Source: a virus. From it: a DNA stretch of 64,000 bases. Position numbers and translations under genes: made by a program. Location: IMG/VR virus record IMGVR_UViG_3300010883_019551, positions 1-64,000 of that record; one strand, 5' to 3'. This document shows positions 1 through 9,930 of this stretch, in pieces. The notes under the pieces were generated by a model. It had not been told where the DNA came from. It was given only the letters and a program-made list of their open reading frames with translations, and did no database searches. The stretch's first letter is position 1. Each line of letters opens with the position of its first letter.

Positions 1-239
<239 letters not shown>

Positions 240-247
240 GCATTCCT

Positions 248-1858
248 CTACTTCACTTTAGTAACTGAGCTCTTAAAATTGTCCAAAGATGCTTTCAATG
301 TTGAACATGCGGCTTTAAGCTGTGCTAGCGGGAAGCCTTGATTACCCACCTCTGCGCCTGCTTGATCACAAAAAGTACCCAACATATCTGCCAAGGTATC
401 GCCCATTACTGCCGGTTCCTCTGCTTTATCTCCTAAGAATATTTGACCGTCCCTTCCATCACCGATAACAATTTCTTTCGCATCAATAAGAATCTTTCCG
501 TCTGGCGTCATCAAAATAGCACATATCTTTTCGCCTTCCTCGTCTTCTCGGATTATTCTAATTGAACCGGTTTCTTTGGGACGATCCCCGTCTTCTTGAG
601 TGTGACGTGCTATGATTCTTATTTCTGTAGACTTTGTTATTATATATGGCTTCTCATCAATAGCTTTGATGCTATGATTATCAACCATGTATCCCGGGGT
701 TACATCGTCTAAAGAAAGATTTGTATCGCCATCTGTGTTCATTGACACATAAATTCGACTTGCATCATGCATAAAATCCGGGTCGCCTTCATGAGGACGA
801 TCAACACGATTAAACTTGACATCTTTTCTAACATCATCTTTCGTGTATACAGACGGATTTTTGTCCACTTCTAACATTCCCTTCGTGTTTTTTATAACAC
901 GCGGAATTGTATCGACTAGCTTGTCATCTTTAGCATCCGGATCAGGTTCTTCCAGGGGGAATCTTCCTCGACCAGCGACGATATCAATAGTTCCTGAGAA
1001 CGGTCGAAGGCCCTCGCCTTCAGGTGTATGAGCGTTGCTGCTTTCCGGTTCCTCTGGTCTTTCTTCAATAGACCATCCTCTATCTTGACCCAAGACAATA
1101 GTTGCATTATTAGACCCCTGAAGCACAAGATCTCCCGGTCGTTTTGTAAATCTAGGGACTGGTTCCATTGTAAACGACTGCCCAGATAACGACCCAGTGT
1201 ATATCATGTCAAATGGTGGGTCTGCACCTTCTTTTTCTGTAAGTGTGGTTACTGCTTCATTGTCTGGTATTCCATTGACAAAAGCCGGGGGTCCGGGCTT
1301 CTTGCCCTCGTCCTTGTAGCCTTCATCCTCGTCTGCCCCTTCATCAGTGTCATCGGATTCAGACCCTTCTTTGTCAGAAGTTGAAGCAGGAATTCCTACA
1401 TCTTGATCAAATCTTCTTTCACCGTGTGTATAATTTACGTCTTCAACATAGTCCGGTTCGGAAATTCTTGACATCCAGAAACCAATAGTCTTGGGGGCAT
1501 CGGGAGATTCTACAAAAATCCATACCTGCTCGCCTTGTTTGAGCGGCATTTGTAGGTGTGACGGAAAGAAAGGAAAACAAACTAAGTCTCCGGGGCCGGA
1601 TTTTTCTTCACCCATAGAGATTATTCTAGCAATAACCGAGTTTCTCGGAGCGAACTCTAAAATATCTGGATTGGTTAGCGAAGTCAGTATTGTTGCAAGA
1701 TCTTCATCTGTCCTAAGTGAAACATCGTTGAGCACTTCTATAACTACAGCTCGACTTAGTATGCTCAGTGGGGGCTTATCTCTTAATTGAGATATTTCGT
1801 CCCCTATGGAGGCACCGCCGGCTGATAGCTTTTCAATGGCATCAGTTCCGCCTGACAT
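248..1858 (-). CDS. Baseplate hub/spike-like protein (gp5/GpV-like OB-fold N-terminus)
   Basis: CFPFFP...MPLKQGEQVWIF OB-fold-like motif, RPGDLVLQGSNNATIVLG segment, C-terminal IFLGDKAEEPAVMGDTL spike-like segment. Confidence 0.6.
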   Translation of the reverse strand: MSGGTDAIEKLSAGGASIGDEISQLRDKPPLSILSRAVVIEVLNDVSLRTDEDLATILTSLTNPDILEFAPRNSVIARIISMGEEKSGPGDLVCFPFFPSHLQMPLKQGEQVWIFVESPDAPKTIGFWMSRISEPDYVEDVNYTHGERRFDQDVGIPASTSDKEGSESDDTDEGADEDEGYKDEGKKPGPPAFVNGIPDNEAVTTLTEKEGADPPFDMIYTGSLSGQSFTMEPVPRFTKRPGDLVLQGSNNATIVLGQDRGWSIEERPEEPESSNAHTPEGEGLRPFSGTIDIVAGRGRFPLEEPDPDAKDDKLVDTIPRVIKNTKGMLEVDKNPSVYTKDDVRKDVKFNRVDRPHEGDPDFMHDASRIYVSMNTDGDTNLSLDDVTPGYMVDNHSIKAIDEKPYIITKSTEIRIIARHTQEDGDRPKETGSIRIIREDEEGEKICAILMTPDGKILIDAKEIVIGDGRDGQIFLGDKAEEPAVMGDTLADMLGTFCDQAGAEVGNQGFPLAQLKAACSTLKASLDNFKSSVTKVK

Positions 1859-1861
1859 GGA

Positions 1862-2239
1862 TCACCCCTTCTTACTACTATCTATCTGATCAAATAAATC
1901 ATCGGCGTTTATATTCGACTCTTTTTCTTCAGCCTTTGATATCATCTCTGCTAATCTTAAAATTTGTTCATTTGATTTACACATTCTTTCTAAATACTTC
2001 GTTAATGTAGTACCCAAAGTGATATGCTCTGAGGTGCCTGACTGCATATGTTTCCACGCATCTGTAAACAGCATGGCAGCATTTTCTCGATCAACAACAG
2101 CATTTTCATAAATTTCCTTCCACAGAACTTTCTTTTTTTCTTCTGTAGAGCTTAGGGCATCTAAGATGTCTGAGAAAGTTTCTACTTTCTTCTTTATCAC
2201 CTCTAGCTGATCCATTACTTTTGTTACGTCTTTTGCCAT
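1862..2239 (-). CDS. Hypothetical helical phage protein
   Basis: 125 aa ORF with GAGG RBS, tightly packed between its neighbours. Confidence 0.75.
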   Translation of the reverse strand: MAKDVTKVMDQLEVIKKKVETFSDILDALSSTEEKKKVLWKEIYENAVVDRENAAMLFTDAWKHMQSGTSEHITLGTTLTKYLERMCKSNEQILRLAEMISKAEEKESNINADDLFDQIDSSKKG

Positions 2240-2247
2240 AATACCTC

Positions 2248-2988
2248 TTAGAATAAATCAAATTTTCCGTCATGGCCGGTCAAACGTCTGTAGTGCTTTC
2301 TTATAGAAGACATTGCAACAGAAAGTTGTTTTGGACTTAGCCCTGAAATGTCTCTGACATATACTAGAACAGCCCGCTTATTTAGAAAGTCCAAATTGTC
2401 TACATTAGCAAATACTGTTCGAACAGCAGAAATACATGTCTTCTCAGTTTCGCTAGTAACAATCCCGGCGATTTCTTTTAGCAAATCTTGTATTAACTCT
2501 TTTCTATCTCTACTAATCAATATATCATCAGGAGCCGGCATTATTTGAGATGACTCATAAAGATAACGCTGTCTAGCAGTCATTCCATCTGGGTTGTCTG
2601 AGCTTACGTGGCGCTTGACTCGCTTTGTCTGTTGCCTGGATTTTATGATCAGCCAGTTTTTTGCAACAACGTTATAATACGAAAATGCCTTAGTCCCCTT
2701 TTCAGGTGACCACTTGTGAAGCGACTCATAAAGAAAAGATACACAATCTGTCTTAAGATCGCTAAATGAGTCATAGGGCGACTTGAATCCATAAACGAAT
2801 ATGAGATTTTCAACTAACTTGTCAAATGCCGGTTGGATGCCCTTGATGTATATTGCTTTTCTTTCCTCTGAATCTTCTGATTTTTGATACTCCACGATGG
2901 CTGCCTGTGTGTCCATGGTGAAATACATGTTTCGAGGGCCGGAGCCTCTCTTGCGCCTGATCTTGCGCTTAATTTTCTTGACTGTCAA
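2248..2988 (-). CDS. Sigma-factor region-2-like protein (T4 gp55-type late sigma candidate)
   Basis: YFTMDTQAAIVEY...KLVENLI...DLKTDCVSFLYESLHKWSPEKGTKAFSYYNVVAKNWL resembles sigma region 2 (KFDPEKG-KFSTY). Start moved to TTG at 2988 (GAGG upstream); ORF track start is 3027. Confidence 0.55.
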   Translation of the reverse strand: MTVKKIKRKIRRKRGSGPRNMYFTMDTQAAIVEYQKSEDSEERKAIYIKGIQPAFDKLVENLIFVYGFKSPYDSFSDLKTDCVSFLYESLHKWSPEKGTKAFSYYNVVAKNWLIIKSRQQTKRVKRHVSSDNPDGMTARQRYLYESSQIMPAPDDILISRDRKELIQDLLKEIAGIVTSETEKTCISAVRTVFANVDNLDFLNKRAVLVYVRDISGLSPKQLSVAMSSIRKHYRRLTGHDGKFDLF

Positions 2989-3301
2989 TTTCTTCTTCCT
3001 CCTCGTCAGCGTAAATGTCGTCATCAATAGAGGCGCCGAGAGAATTAGCTATAGTAAGAATAGAATTCCGGGTGGTTTTAAGATCGTTTACGACCTGCCT
3101 TATCTCCGGACTATCATAAAAGAGTGGTATTTCTAAAACTTTAGAAATGGACATAACCCTTTCGTCTATCACATCAAGTGACTCCTCTACTGAATCTTGA
3201 ACTTTTAAGATTACTAGACCGAAACGTATACTAAAATAAACACCAACAACCGCTAGCGCAGCCAATGAAATAATTATCACTGTAGACGCTGTTAGACTCA
3301 T
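2969..3301 (-). CDS. Small membrane-anchored coiled-coil protein
   Basis: N-terminal hydrophobic helix and acidic C-terminus; ATGA overlap with upstream gene. Confidence 0.7.
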   Translation of the reverse strand: MSLTASTVIIISLAALAVVGVYFSIRFGLVILKVQDSVEESLDVIDERVMSISKVLEIPLFYDSPEIRQVVNDLKTTRNSILTIANSLGASIDDDIYADEEEEEIDSQEN

Positions 3302-4467
3302 ACAAATTCCTTTGCGGCTTCGTTATAGGACTCCTGTATTGCAGACGGTGAAAATTTTTCTCTAATTTTCTCTTGAAGCTCTTTAGCCCATCTTGTCGGA
3401 ATATCAGGCTTTTCATAAAACTTTCTTATCTTCTTCTTCGCGTCTTTCTCATCAACAGCTGCCCAACGCGAGCCTTCAACAAATATTTGATTATCAATTC
3501 TTGATGGGTGAATGGGTGCTAAGACATACTCTACCCCTATGAATTTGCCAAGGCCTAAAAAGTCTAGGTGTCCAGACCAGTTGGTTGCTATAACAGGAAG
3601 ACCACTAGCTGCAGCTTCTAGAAGCGGGAGGCCAAAACCTTCACCCCTGGTCAACGATATCATGCCCTTTATCTTTGGGTGCACATATAAGCGCGCTATT
3701 TCTTCTTCAGACATGTTTCCATGAAGTAGATAAATTTTTGGTCCCGGGCTGTCCCCTCTGACCTGTGTGATTAATTGAGTGAGAGTTTTAGATGTTACAG
3801 CCTTGTCTATTTTTGTTGCTCGACCAGAATTAACCTTAAGCACAATACCGACATTTTTATCACCTGCAAATTCTTCACATAACCACTTAACTGTATAGAA
3901 GAGATTTTTTCGGTCATTCTCTGGATTGTTTCCTGTGAATTGACCGAATACTAAAAAATTAAAGTCTGTTTGAAAATCAATATCTAGAGGTTTCAAATCA
4001 GGTGTATCAATTACGTTGTAATAAGACTCAGAAACAACAACAATGGGTGTGGTTAATGCTCCGGATGATAAAAGCACGTTTTTAGTGTGCTGGGATGGTA
4101 CTATGATTAAGTTCATTGAGTTACAATTCTTGATCCATGAAGAATTGCACTTGTCAGTTTCAACAGCAGCTGTGACACCCACATTAAAATTTGCTATATT
4201 TGGGTCCCACTCATTTGGAAGCTGGACCTGAAAAGACACATCATACTTTGGTGTGCCGCTCGGATCTATAGAGCGAGACATTATCTCGCCCACTAAACCC
4301 CCCTTGTCTTCTGTATTAATAAGCCAGGGCGTAGCGCCCCAGGGTAGACATTGAGCTGATACATCAAAGTCATCACGAGAAAGAGCCCATTCGAATATTT
4401 GACGAGAATGAACACCATACCCAGATAGCGTCAAAAGAGGTGCCCTAACTAAAACTTTCTTCTTCAT
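3298..4467 (-). CDS. Glycosyltransferase family 4
   Basis: RGEGFGLPLLEAAASGLPVIATNWSG (EX7E motif), N-terminal SGYG. Confidence 0.9.
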   Translation of the reverse strand: MKKKVLVRAPLLTLSGYGVHSRQIFEWALSRDDFDVSAQCLPWGATPWLINTEDKGGLVGEIMSRSIDPSGTPKYDVSFQVQLPNEWDPNIANFNVGVTAAVETDKCNSSWIKNCNSMNLIIVPSQHTKNVLLSSGALTTPIVVVSESYYNVIDTPDLKPLDIDFQTDFNFLVFGQFTGNNPENDRKNLFYTVKWLCEEFAGDKNVGIVLKVNSGRATKIDKAVTSKTLTQLITQVRGDSPGPKIYLLHGNMSEEEIARLYVHPKIKGMISLTRGEGFGLPLLEAAASGLPVIATNWSGHLDFLGLGKFIGVEYVLAPIHPSRIDNQIFVEGSRWAAVDEKDAKKKIRKFYEKPDIPTRWAKELQEKIREKFSPSAIQESYNEAAKEFV

Positions 4468-4468
4468 C

Positions 4469-5722
4469 TTATATCTCCTTGAGCACCCATGGTTTTCGCT
4501 TATCTTTCCAATTTTCTGCTAGATCTAGAAGTGACTCGTGCCAAAGGTCAATAGTTGTGTCTAGAGAAAATTCTGATTTAACGTACTCACAGGCTTTATC
4601 ACCCAGCACCTTTCTTCCTTCAGGACCCTCTTCGTACATCTGCAACAGTGCATTGGCAACAGTTTCAGCAGAGACATAGTCCTCATAAATGTATGGCACA
4701 TTTTGAGACCCTACTAGCGACTTAAATTCGACATCCAAACCAATTCCATTATGAGACCCATCTCGGTGGTCTTCAACTTGTCGCCAGAGGCCCCCTGTTT
4801 TCGCGGCGATGATAGGTGTACCTGTTTGCATAGCCTCTAATGTTGAGAGGCCAAATCCTTCGGCGTAGCTTATATTAACAACACAGTCTGAAATATTGTG
4901 GAGAATGTTCATCTTTTCAAATTCAACTCTGTCAGGAGAGAAAATGATAGACGTCTCTATTCCCAGCATTTCAGCAGTCGCGTATATGTTGGGCCCTTCC
5001 GGGTCGTCTGGTTGTGTATGAAGAAGAAGGGAGGCTTTTTGATGACCGTGCTTTTCTTGAAGTTTTTCCATAAAAAGCTTCCAAGCCCAAAGAAGATCGT
5101 TTGGTCTTTTCCTCTTGGCATTTCGGTTAACCCAAAAAGCTATAAAGTGATCAGCCCGGTCAGGAGAAACAACCTGCTTCTTAAACTCAAGCTTTTGTTC
5201 CTCGGGTATTGGAAAGAAAAGTTCATTAGGAAGCGCGTGAGGGATAAAGTTTGTTTTGTCCGGGAACATATCTCTAACAAACTTATACGTCATGTAAGAG
5301 TGGCAATTAATAAGATCGGTACTCTCATATAGCACACTATTATAAGATGGAACTGGATGATTATCCCACACGTGCCAGTATGCTATAGGGCAAACCTGAT
5401 GTATTTCATCTTCCATCTCCCACAGCCAGATAAAAAATCTAGGGTCTGTGAATAACAAAAGAATATCAGGTTTTTCTACTGCTAATGTAGTCCTTATGAG
5501 ATTAGGGTCACCAAAGCCATCAATGGGCTTGATAATAAAATCATCATTAATCGAAACAGTTCGATAGTCATTATGCTTTACAGCTGCGCCAAATTGTCTA
5601 ACAGACCAGTGCCCTGGATACTTCCTTAAGAGGCCCTCTATTAGAAATCTAGATTGACACCCTACGCCTGATGTACTCAGGGCGTGATCGGCTAGCATTA
5701 AAATTTTCTTCTTTTGAATCAT
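4469..5722 (-). CDS. Glycosyltransferase family 4
   Basis: NRNAKRKR and EGFGLSTLEAMQTGTPII motifs. Confidence 0.9.
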   Translation of the reverse strand: MIQKKKILMLADHALSTSGVGCQSRFLIEGLLRKYPGHWSVRQFGAAVKHNDYRTVSINDDFIIKPIDGFGDPNLIRTTLAVEKPDILLLFTDPRFFIWLWEMEDEIHQVCPIAYWHVWDNHPVPSYNSVLYESTDLINCHSYMTYKFVRDMFPDKTNFIPHALPNELFFPIPEEQKLEFKKQVVSPDRADHFIAFWVNRNAKRKRPNDLLWAWKLFMEKLQEKHGHQKASLLLHTQPDDPEGPNIYATAEMLGIETSIIFSPDRVEFEKMNILHNISDCVVNISYAEGFGLSTLEAMQTGTPIIAAKTGGLWRQVEDHRDGSHNGIGLDVEFKSLVGSQNVPYIYEDYVSAETVANALLQMYEEGPEGRKVLGDKACEYVKSEFSLDTTIDLWHESLLDLAENWKDKRKPWVLKEI

Positions 5723-5765
5723 ACCTTCTTAGTCCATTTTTCGCAGCTATGGTTTCTTTAAGAAT

Positions 5766-5793
5766 ATCATAACTGTTCTGTGACAGCAGTAAA
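5766..5793 (-). promoter_or_regulatory. Putative promoter TTTACT-N16-TATGAT
   Basis: Intergenic, upstream of the GT4 gene at 5722; same architecture recurs at three other intergenic sites. Confidence 0.55.
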
Positions 5794-5809
5794 AGATATG
5801 TCAAATTCA

Positions 5810-6667
5810 TCACGTGCAATGTTCCGTGTCTTTGAAGTCACAAAACATACATGAATTTCTATTTTTAAGATTGAATTGCTTCTTAACCATTGATATCATG
5901 TTTCTCATTATTTTGAGCACCCTATCTATACTTTTTGGACCAGCAGAAACTTTCACTAACTCACAAATATTACCTGGCTTTGCTCCTCTTTTTAGCAAAA
6001 TAAAACCACATCTAATATCTTTGAGAGGGATGTCATGCTTTTTAGACCAAAAATGTTTGTACAGAATTAACTGTGCTGTCATTAAAATGTCTTGCTTCTT
6101 ATCTCTTCTCCAACCATACGACTGCGCTGTCTTCCAGTCTAAGATCCAATATTGTGCCCCAGCGCCCTTAGTTTTGGGCACTTTAATGATCGCATCTATA
6201 AACCCTTTGAATTTGACATCACTACCTTCTATATCTTCTCTCAACTCTTCCTCGGCCTTTACTACTTCCCAATTAGGGAAAGTCTCGTCTAAAAAGCCGG
6301 GGACTTCATCCCACATATTAGTGGCCCATTCGCACCATTCTTCAACAGGGGCATGTTTATACCATCCTGGCATTTTTTCATACCACTCTGGTTCTCCAAA
6401 CCCATGTTTTTCCCAAGCATCTGTGACATCCTTGAGAATCTTTTCTCGATCAATTGTTTGTGTTTCTAGTAATGTCTCACAACCTTCATGGACTGCAGTG
6501 CCGAAGTCTAAAAACGGTGAGGGCTCAAATACCCTAAGCTTGTCGACGTACAGCAACTTATGTCGCCAGGAGCACTCTTTCCAGTGCTTAACTTCTGAAA
6601 ATGAAATGTGAGACTTTCCGGTTGGTAAGGCCGGTTCTGAATTTTCTACTACACTTTTATTCTGCAT
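5810..6667 (-). CDS. PD-(D/E)XK exonuclease, Cas4/RecB-like with Fe-S Cys motif
   Basis: ISFSEV...EC, GTAVHE, KGFIDAI, ILDWKT, QLILY, C-terminal CMFCDFKDTEHC. Confidence 0.85.
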   Translation of the reverse strand: MQNKSVVENSEPALPTGKSHISFSEVKHWKECSWRHKLLYVDKLRVFEPSPFLDFGTAVHEGCETLLETQTIDREKILKDVTDAWEKHGFGEPEWYEKMPGWYKHAPVEEWCEWATNMWDEVPGFLDETFPNWEVVKAEEELREDIEGSDVKFKGFIDAIIKVPKTKGAGAQYWILDWKTAQSYGWRRDKKQDILMTAQLILYKHFWSKKHDIPLKDIRCGFILLKRGAKPGNICELVKVSAGPKSIDRVLKIMRNMISMVKKQFNLKNRNSCMFCDFKDTEHCT

Positions 6668-6673
6668 GTGCTT

Positions 6674-6702
6674 ATTATACCACGTATTCTAAAAATTGAC
6701 AT
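6674..6702 (-). promoter_or_regulatory. Extended -10 promoter (TGGTATAAT) 6 nt upstream of ATG; probable leaderless transcript
   Basis: Minus strand reads ATGTCA-N17-TATAAT-aagcac-ATG, with TGn directly before the -10 and no SD. Confidence 0.55.
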
Positions 6703-7567
6703 TCTGAAATTGGTTTAATTTTTGTTTTATATAATCGCTTAAGTCAATAGTAGCTGACCATCCTGTGGCAGCAGATATATCAGCCACATCTGCCAGAGTT
6801 GACCAGGCCTCACCTGGGCGCTTTTCAACGTACTTGACTTCAGATTCGAACATCTTTGTCAACTCATTTATAGAGTAGTTTTTACCAGTACCCAGCTGGA
6901 ATACTTCTGAATTCCAGCTGCCCTTGGCTAGACTTTCGAAACCACTTACAATATCAGATACATGAGTGAAATCTCGCCTTTGCTCCCCTGTTCCTGTAAC
7001 TGTCAAGGGAAAACCGGCTTCACGTTGTTTTTCGAAAACACCCACAACAGTAGCATACGCTCCGGAGGTAGGTTGCCGATCTCCATACACATTGAAAAAT
7101 CTGGCAATAACTGTCGACATGCCATAGACTTTATTGTAGAGTTCACACGTTTGTTCTCCAGTATACTTTGCAAAAGCATATGGGTTGAGCATTGGGCCAG
7201 CGTACGCGGAGCTACTGCCAGCATATATGACTTTCGCGTCGCACCTTCTTGCAAACTCTAAAACATTAGAAGTGCCCATAATGTCTATAGAGAGGTATGT
7301 GAGCGGATCCTTAAAGCTGGGCTGGATTCTGGCTAGCGCAGCGAGATGATAAATCAGATCAAAAGACTCATTTGTATATTTGTATGTGTTAATATTTCTT
7401 ACGTCATCAATCCAGTAAGCTACGTCTTCGCGCATATATGATTTGCTACTAGACTCAGAGCAGAGATTGTCCATCACAGTTACATTATATCCTGCGTCTG
7501 CCAAAGAATCGACAAGATGTGATCCGACAAATCCCAAACCGCCTGTTACTAATATTTTAGTCATCAC
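6689..7567 (-). CDS. NAD-dependent nucleotide-sugar epimerase/dehydratase (extended SDR)
   Basis: TGGLGFVGS, HLAA, YAFAK (YxxxK), RFFNVYG, RDFTHVSD. Confidence 0.9.
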   Translation of the reverse strand: MMTKILVTGGLGFVGSHLVDSLADAGYNVTVMDNLCSESSSKSYMREDVAYWIDDVRNINTYKYTNESFDLIYHLAALARIQPSFKDPLTYLSIDIMGTSNVLEFARRCDAKVIYAGSSSAYAGPMLNPYAFAKYTGEQTCELYNKVYGMSTVIARFFNVYGDRQPTSGAYATVVGVFEKQREAGFPLTVTGTGEQRRDFTHVSDIVSGFESLAKGSWNSEVFQLGTGKNYSINELTKMFESEVKYVEKRPGEAWSTLADVADISAATGWSATIDLSDYIKQKLNQFQNVNF

Positions 7568-8420
7568 TCACTGCCCTTCCTGACATTGACTCCCAGTCCC
7601 TGTCAGATCTCAAATAGTTGTTCTTTTCTTGAACTGACTCTAAAAGGTCAGCATCAACACTGTGCTGGGCACCATAATAAATCATGGCTGCCAGATCTTT
7701 GGGAAAGCAGTGCCCACCAAAACCAAAATCGCCATCTGGCCCTGGGACAGTCAAGTGGCTCTTGCCTATTCTGTCATCGTATAGCGCATACTCGCATATT
7801 TTATCATAGTCTACTCCGCCGGCGTTACATATTTGATACATTTCATTGGCAAATGTTACCTTGGTCGCCAAGAAGCAATTAATAAAATACTTTGTCATTT
7901 CTGCTGTTTCTCGTTTTGTAATTACAATGGGAATTGACGGAAAAGCTTTCCTAAACATGCTCTTAACTTTCTTGGCATAGTTGCATTTGACATTAACATC
8001 GCCGCCGATTATAATTCTAGTTTGATTTTTGAAGTCATCAAAAGAATTAGCCTCGGTTAAGAATTCAGGACTAAAAACTACAGGACACACTGAAGCGCAT
8101 GCATCCGCAATTCTAGAGGTTGTGCCGGGCGGAACTGTTGACTTCAAAACTAGAACTGGGCGATTCATATTCGGATCAGAGCATGCTGACTTATCAATTC
8201 CGGTGACAACAGATTCTAAAAGACGAGTATCGCATGCGCCTGACTTTCTCATGGGGGTTGGAATACAAACAAAAATAATGTCTGAGTTTCGACAAACCTC
8301 TTCATGCGTGCTATTACATTTAGATTCGTCGATATCATAAGTCAATACGGTGTGATAATCCTTAAGACCCTCTCTAATTGCTGAGCCTACAAAGCCTTGT
8401 CCTACTATGCCAACTTTCAT
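7557..8420 (-). CDS. UDP-glucose/GDP-mannose dehydrogenase family, short form
   Basis: GQGFVG, KSTVPPGTT, SPEFLTE, AEMTKY, GFGGHCFPKD; lacks the C-terminal UDP-binding domain. Confidence 0.9.
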   Translation of the reverse strand: MKVGIVGQGFVGSAIREGLKDYHTVLTYDIDESKCNSTHEEVCRNSDIIFVCIPTPMRKSGACDTRLLESVVTGIDKSACSDPNMNRPVLVLKSTVPPGTTSRIADACASVCPVVFSPEFLTEANSFDDFKNQTRIIIGGDVNVKCNYAKKVKSMFRKAFPSIPIVITKRETAEMTKYFINCFLATKVTFANEMYQICNAGGVDYDKICEYALYDDRIGKSHLTVPGPDGDFGFGGHCFPKDLAAMIYYGAQHSVDADLLESVQEKNNYLRSDRDWESMSGRAVSDD

Positions 8421-9289
8421 TTCTCACCGCCCCTCGCGCGTATTCTTCTAATTCTTTCGTTAGATCTCAAAACTTCTTTTATAAGTTCTGCTGTATATCC
8501 ATGTTTTTCTGCAGTCAAAACTAGAGCATTTGTGTCTTTGGGTAAACATTTTCCGGAGAATGGAGCTTTGTTTTCTGGGAATACTGCTGTATGCATCGGA
8601 TTTATTCTGGGGTCTAAGAGCCACAGTTCTCTCACTTCATTGTAGTCAATATCCATTGCTGTGCAGATCTCACTCATTTCGTAACAGAACACTATTTTGG
8701 ATGCATAAAAAATGTTCTCCATATACTTTGCCATTTCTGCAGCATCTGATGTGGTCTGACGATATGTTTTCGTGGGTCCCACAACTGGCATATAAAGATC
8801 TACAAACGCGCTAGTATCTTTGGGTTCTCCGCCAAAAGTAAAGAACGGTGTGCACTTAACATCAGTATGAAAGTCATAGGGAGTCCAGTATGAAGACTCA
8901 CCACAATATTCAGGAGAAAATACTATTCTCTTTTGGTATAAATTTCTGAGTCTACTAGTAGTTCCAACAGAAACGGTAGACTTAATAAGGATTAGCGGCG
9001 TTTTTAGCCATTGTATGGCATCTTCTACAAGACTAGAATCACATTCTCCGGCTTGGTCTGCGGGAGTGGGAACACAAATAATTCCATAATCACATGTATT
9101 TATCTCTTCTCTTTTGACAAACGATACATTGTTGTGCGGTTCAATATCGTCAATATCGTGAAAATTAGTATCAATATCTTCCGGGTCATAAGCAGGATCA
9201 TAAACTAATACGTCATAATGACTTTGAAAAAATCTTGTCATGGCTTTTCCCACGTACCCGTAGCCAATAATTCCAATACTCTTTGTCAT
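8417..9289 (-). CDS. UDP-glucose/GDP-mannose dehydrogenase family, short form (second copy)
   Basis: GYGYVG, KSTVSVGTT, SPEY, AEMAKY, FSGKCLPKD. Confidence 0.85.
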   Translation of the reverse strand: MTKSIGIIGYGYVGKAMTRFFQSHYDVLVYDPAYDPEDIDTNFHDIDDIEPHNNVSFVKREEINTCDYGIICVPTPADQAGECDSSLVEDAIQWLKTPLILIKSTVSVGTTSRLRNLYQKRIVFSPEYCGESSYWTPYDFHTDVKCTPFFTFGGEPKDTSAFVDLYMPVVGPTKTYRQTTSDAAEMAKYMENIFYASKIVFCYEMSEICTAMDIDYNEVRELWLLDPRINPMHTAVFPENKAPFSGKCLPKDTNALVLTAEKHGYTAELIKEVLRSNERIRRIRARGGEK

Positions 9290-9930
9290 TTCTTCTCCTG
9301 AAGCATTTCATCGTACTTCTTTACTTCTTCTATATTATTCGTTCTGTTGCGACTGTGTATTCTGTAGCGATACATGGGCATTGGCAAGTGAAATAGCTTA
9401 AACTTTTTTAGAAATCTGCTAATGAGATCATGACCTTCTCGCATTTTATAGTCTTCATCATAAAAATTAATATCACATAGGGACTCGTAGGTAAACATAA
9501 CAGCACATGCTATGGGGGCTTCCTTACCCGAGCAATTTTCTACTAAAACACCCACCTCATCAACTTTATTATAGTCACATGAAATAGCCTGATAGCTTCT
9601 GTTCATGTCTAAAAATCTGGACATTGTTTCTAAGAAGTATTTAGAAACATAATCGTCGCTGTCAACACGTACAAAATATCTGCCTCTAGCAACCTTGAGA
9701 ATTTTATTGAGAGATGCTGGTAAGCCTGTATTCTTTTCATTGTTCAGTAAACGAATGTTAAGATCACTTCTCATATTATTGCAAACATCTTCGAGGCGAG
9801 TACCCGGTTCGTCATTGATAATAACTACTTCAAATTTATCTTTTGATAGCGTCTGACTAGACAGACTACGCAGGCATCTATACAACCATTCTTTCTGTTT
9901 ATAACAGCATATGCCTACTGTGATCTTCAT
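9286..9930 (-). CDS. Glycosyltransferase family 2
   Basis: CLRSL, NTGLPASLN, RVDSDD (DxD). Confidence 0.9.
   Translation of the reverse strand: MKITVGICCYKQKEWLYRCLRSLSSQTLSKDKFEVVIINDEPGTRLEDVCNNMRSDLNIRLLNNEKNTGLPASLNKILKVARGRYFVRVDSDDYVSKYFLETMSRFLDMNRSYQAISCDYNKVDEVGVLVENCSGKEAPIACAVMFTYESLCDINFYDEDYKMREGHDLISRFLKKFKLFHLPMPMYRYRIHSRNRTNNIEEVKKYDEMLQEKK

Noticed and set aside
5772-5787. LexA SOS box in promoter spacers
   Set aside because: Spacing is CTGT-N5/N6-ACAG, not the CTGT-N8-ACAG consensus
5814-6611. 265-aa plus-strand ORF and the many other plus-strand ORFs in the track (e.g. 40699-41310, 44625-45077, 45312-45830, 48195-48704)
   Set aside because: They are antisense shadows of well-supported minus-strand genes, with Ser/Pro/Ile-biased composition and no recognisable motifs
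5810-6667. Cas4 as evidence of a CRISPR-Cas locus
   Set aside because: No cas1, cas2, effector gene or repeat-spacer array; solo Cas4-like nucleases are common in phages
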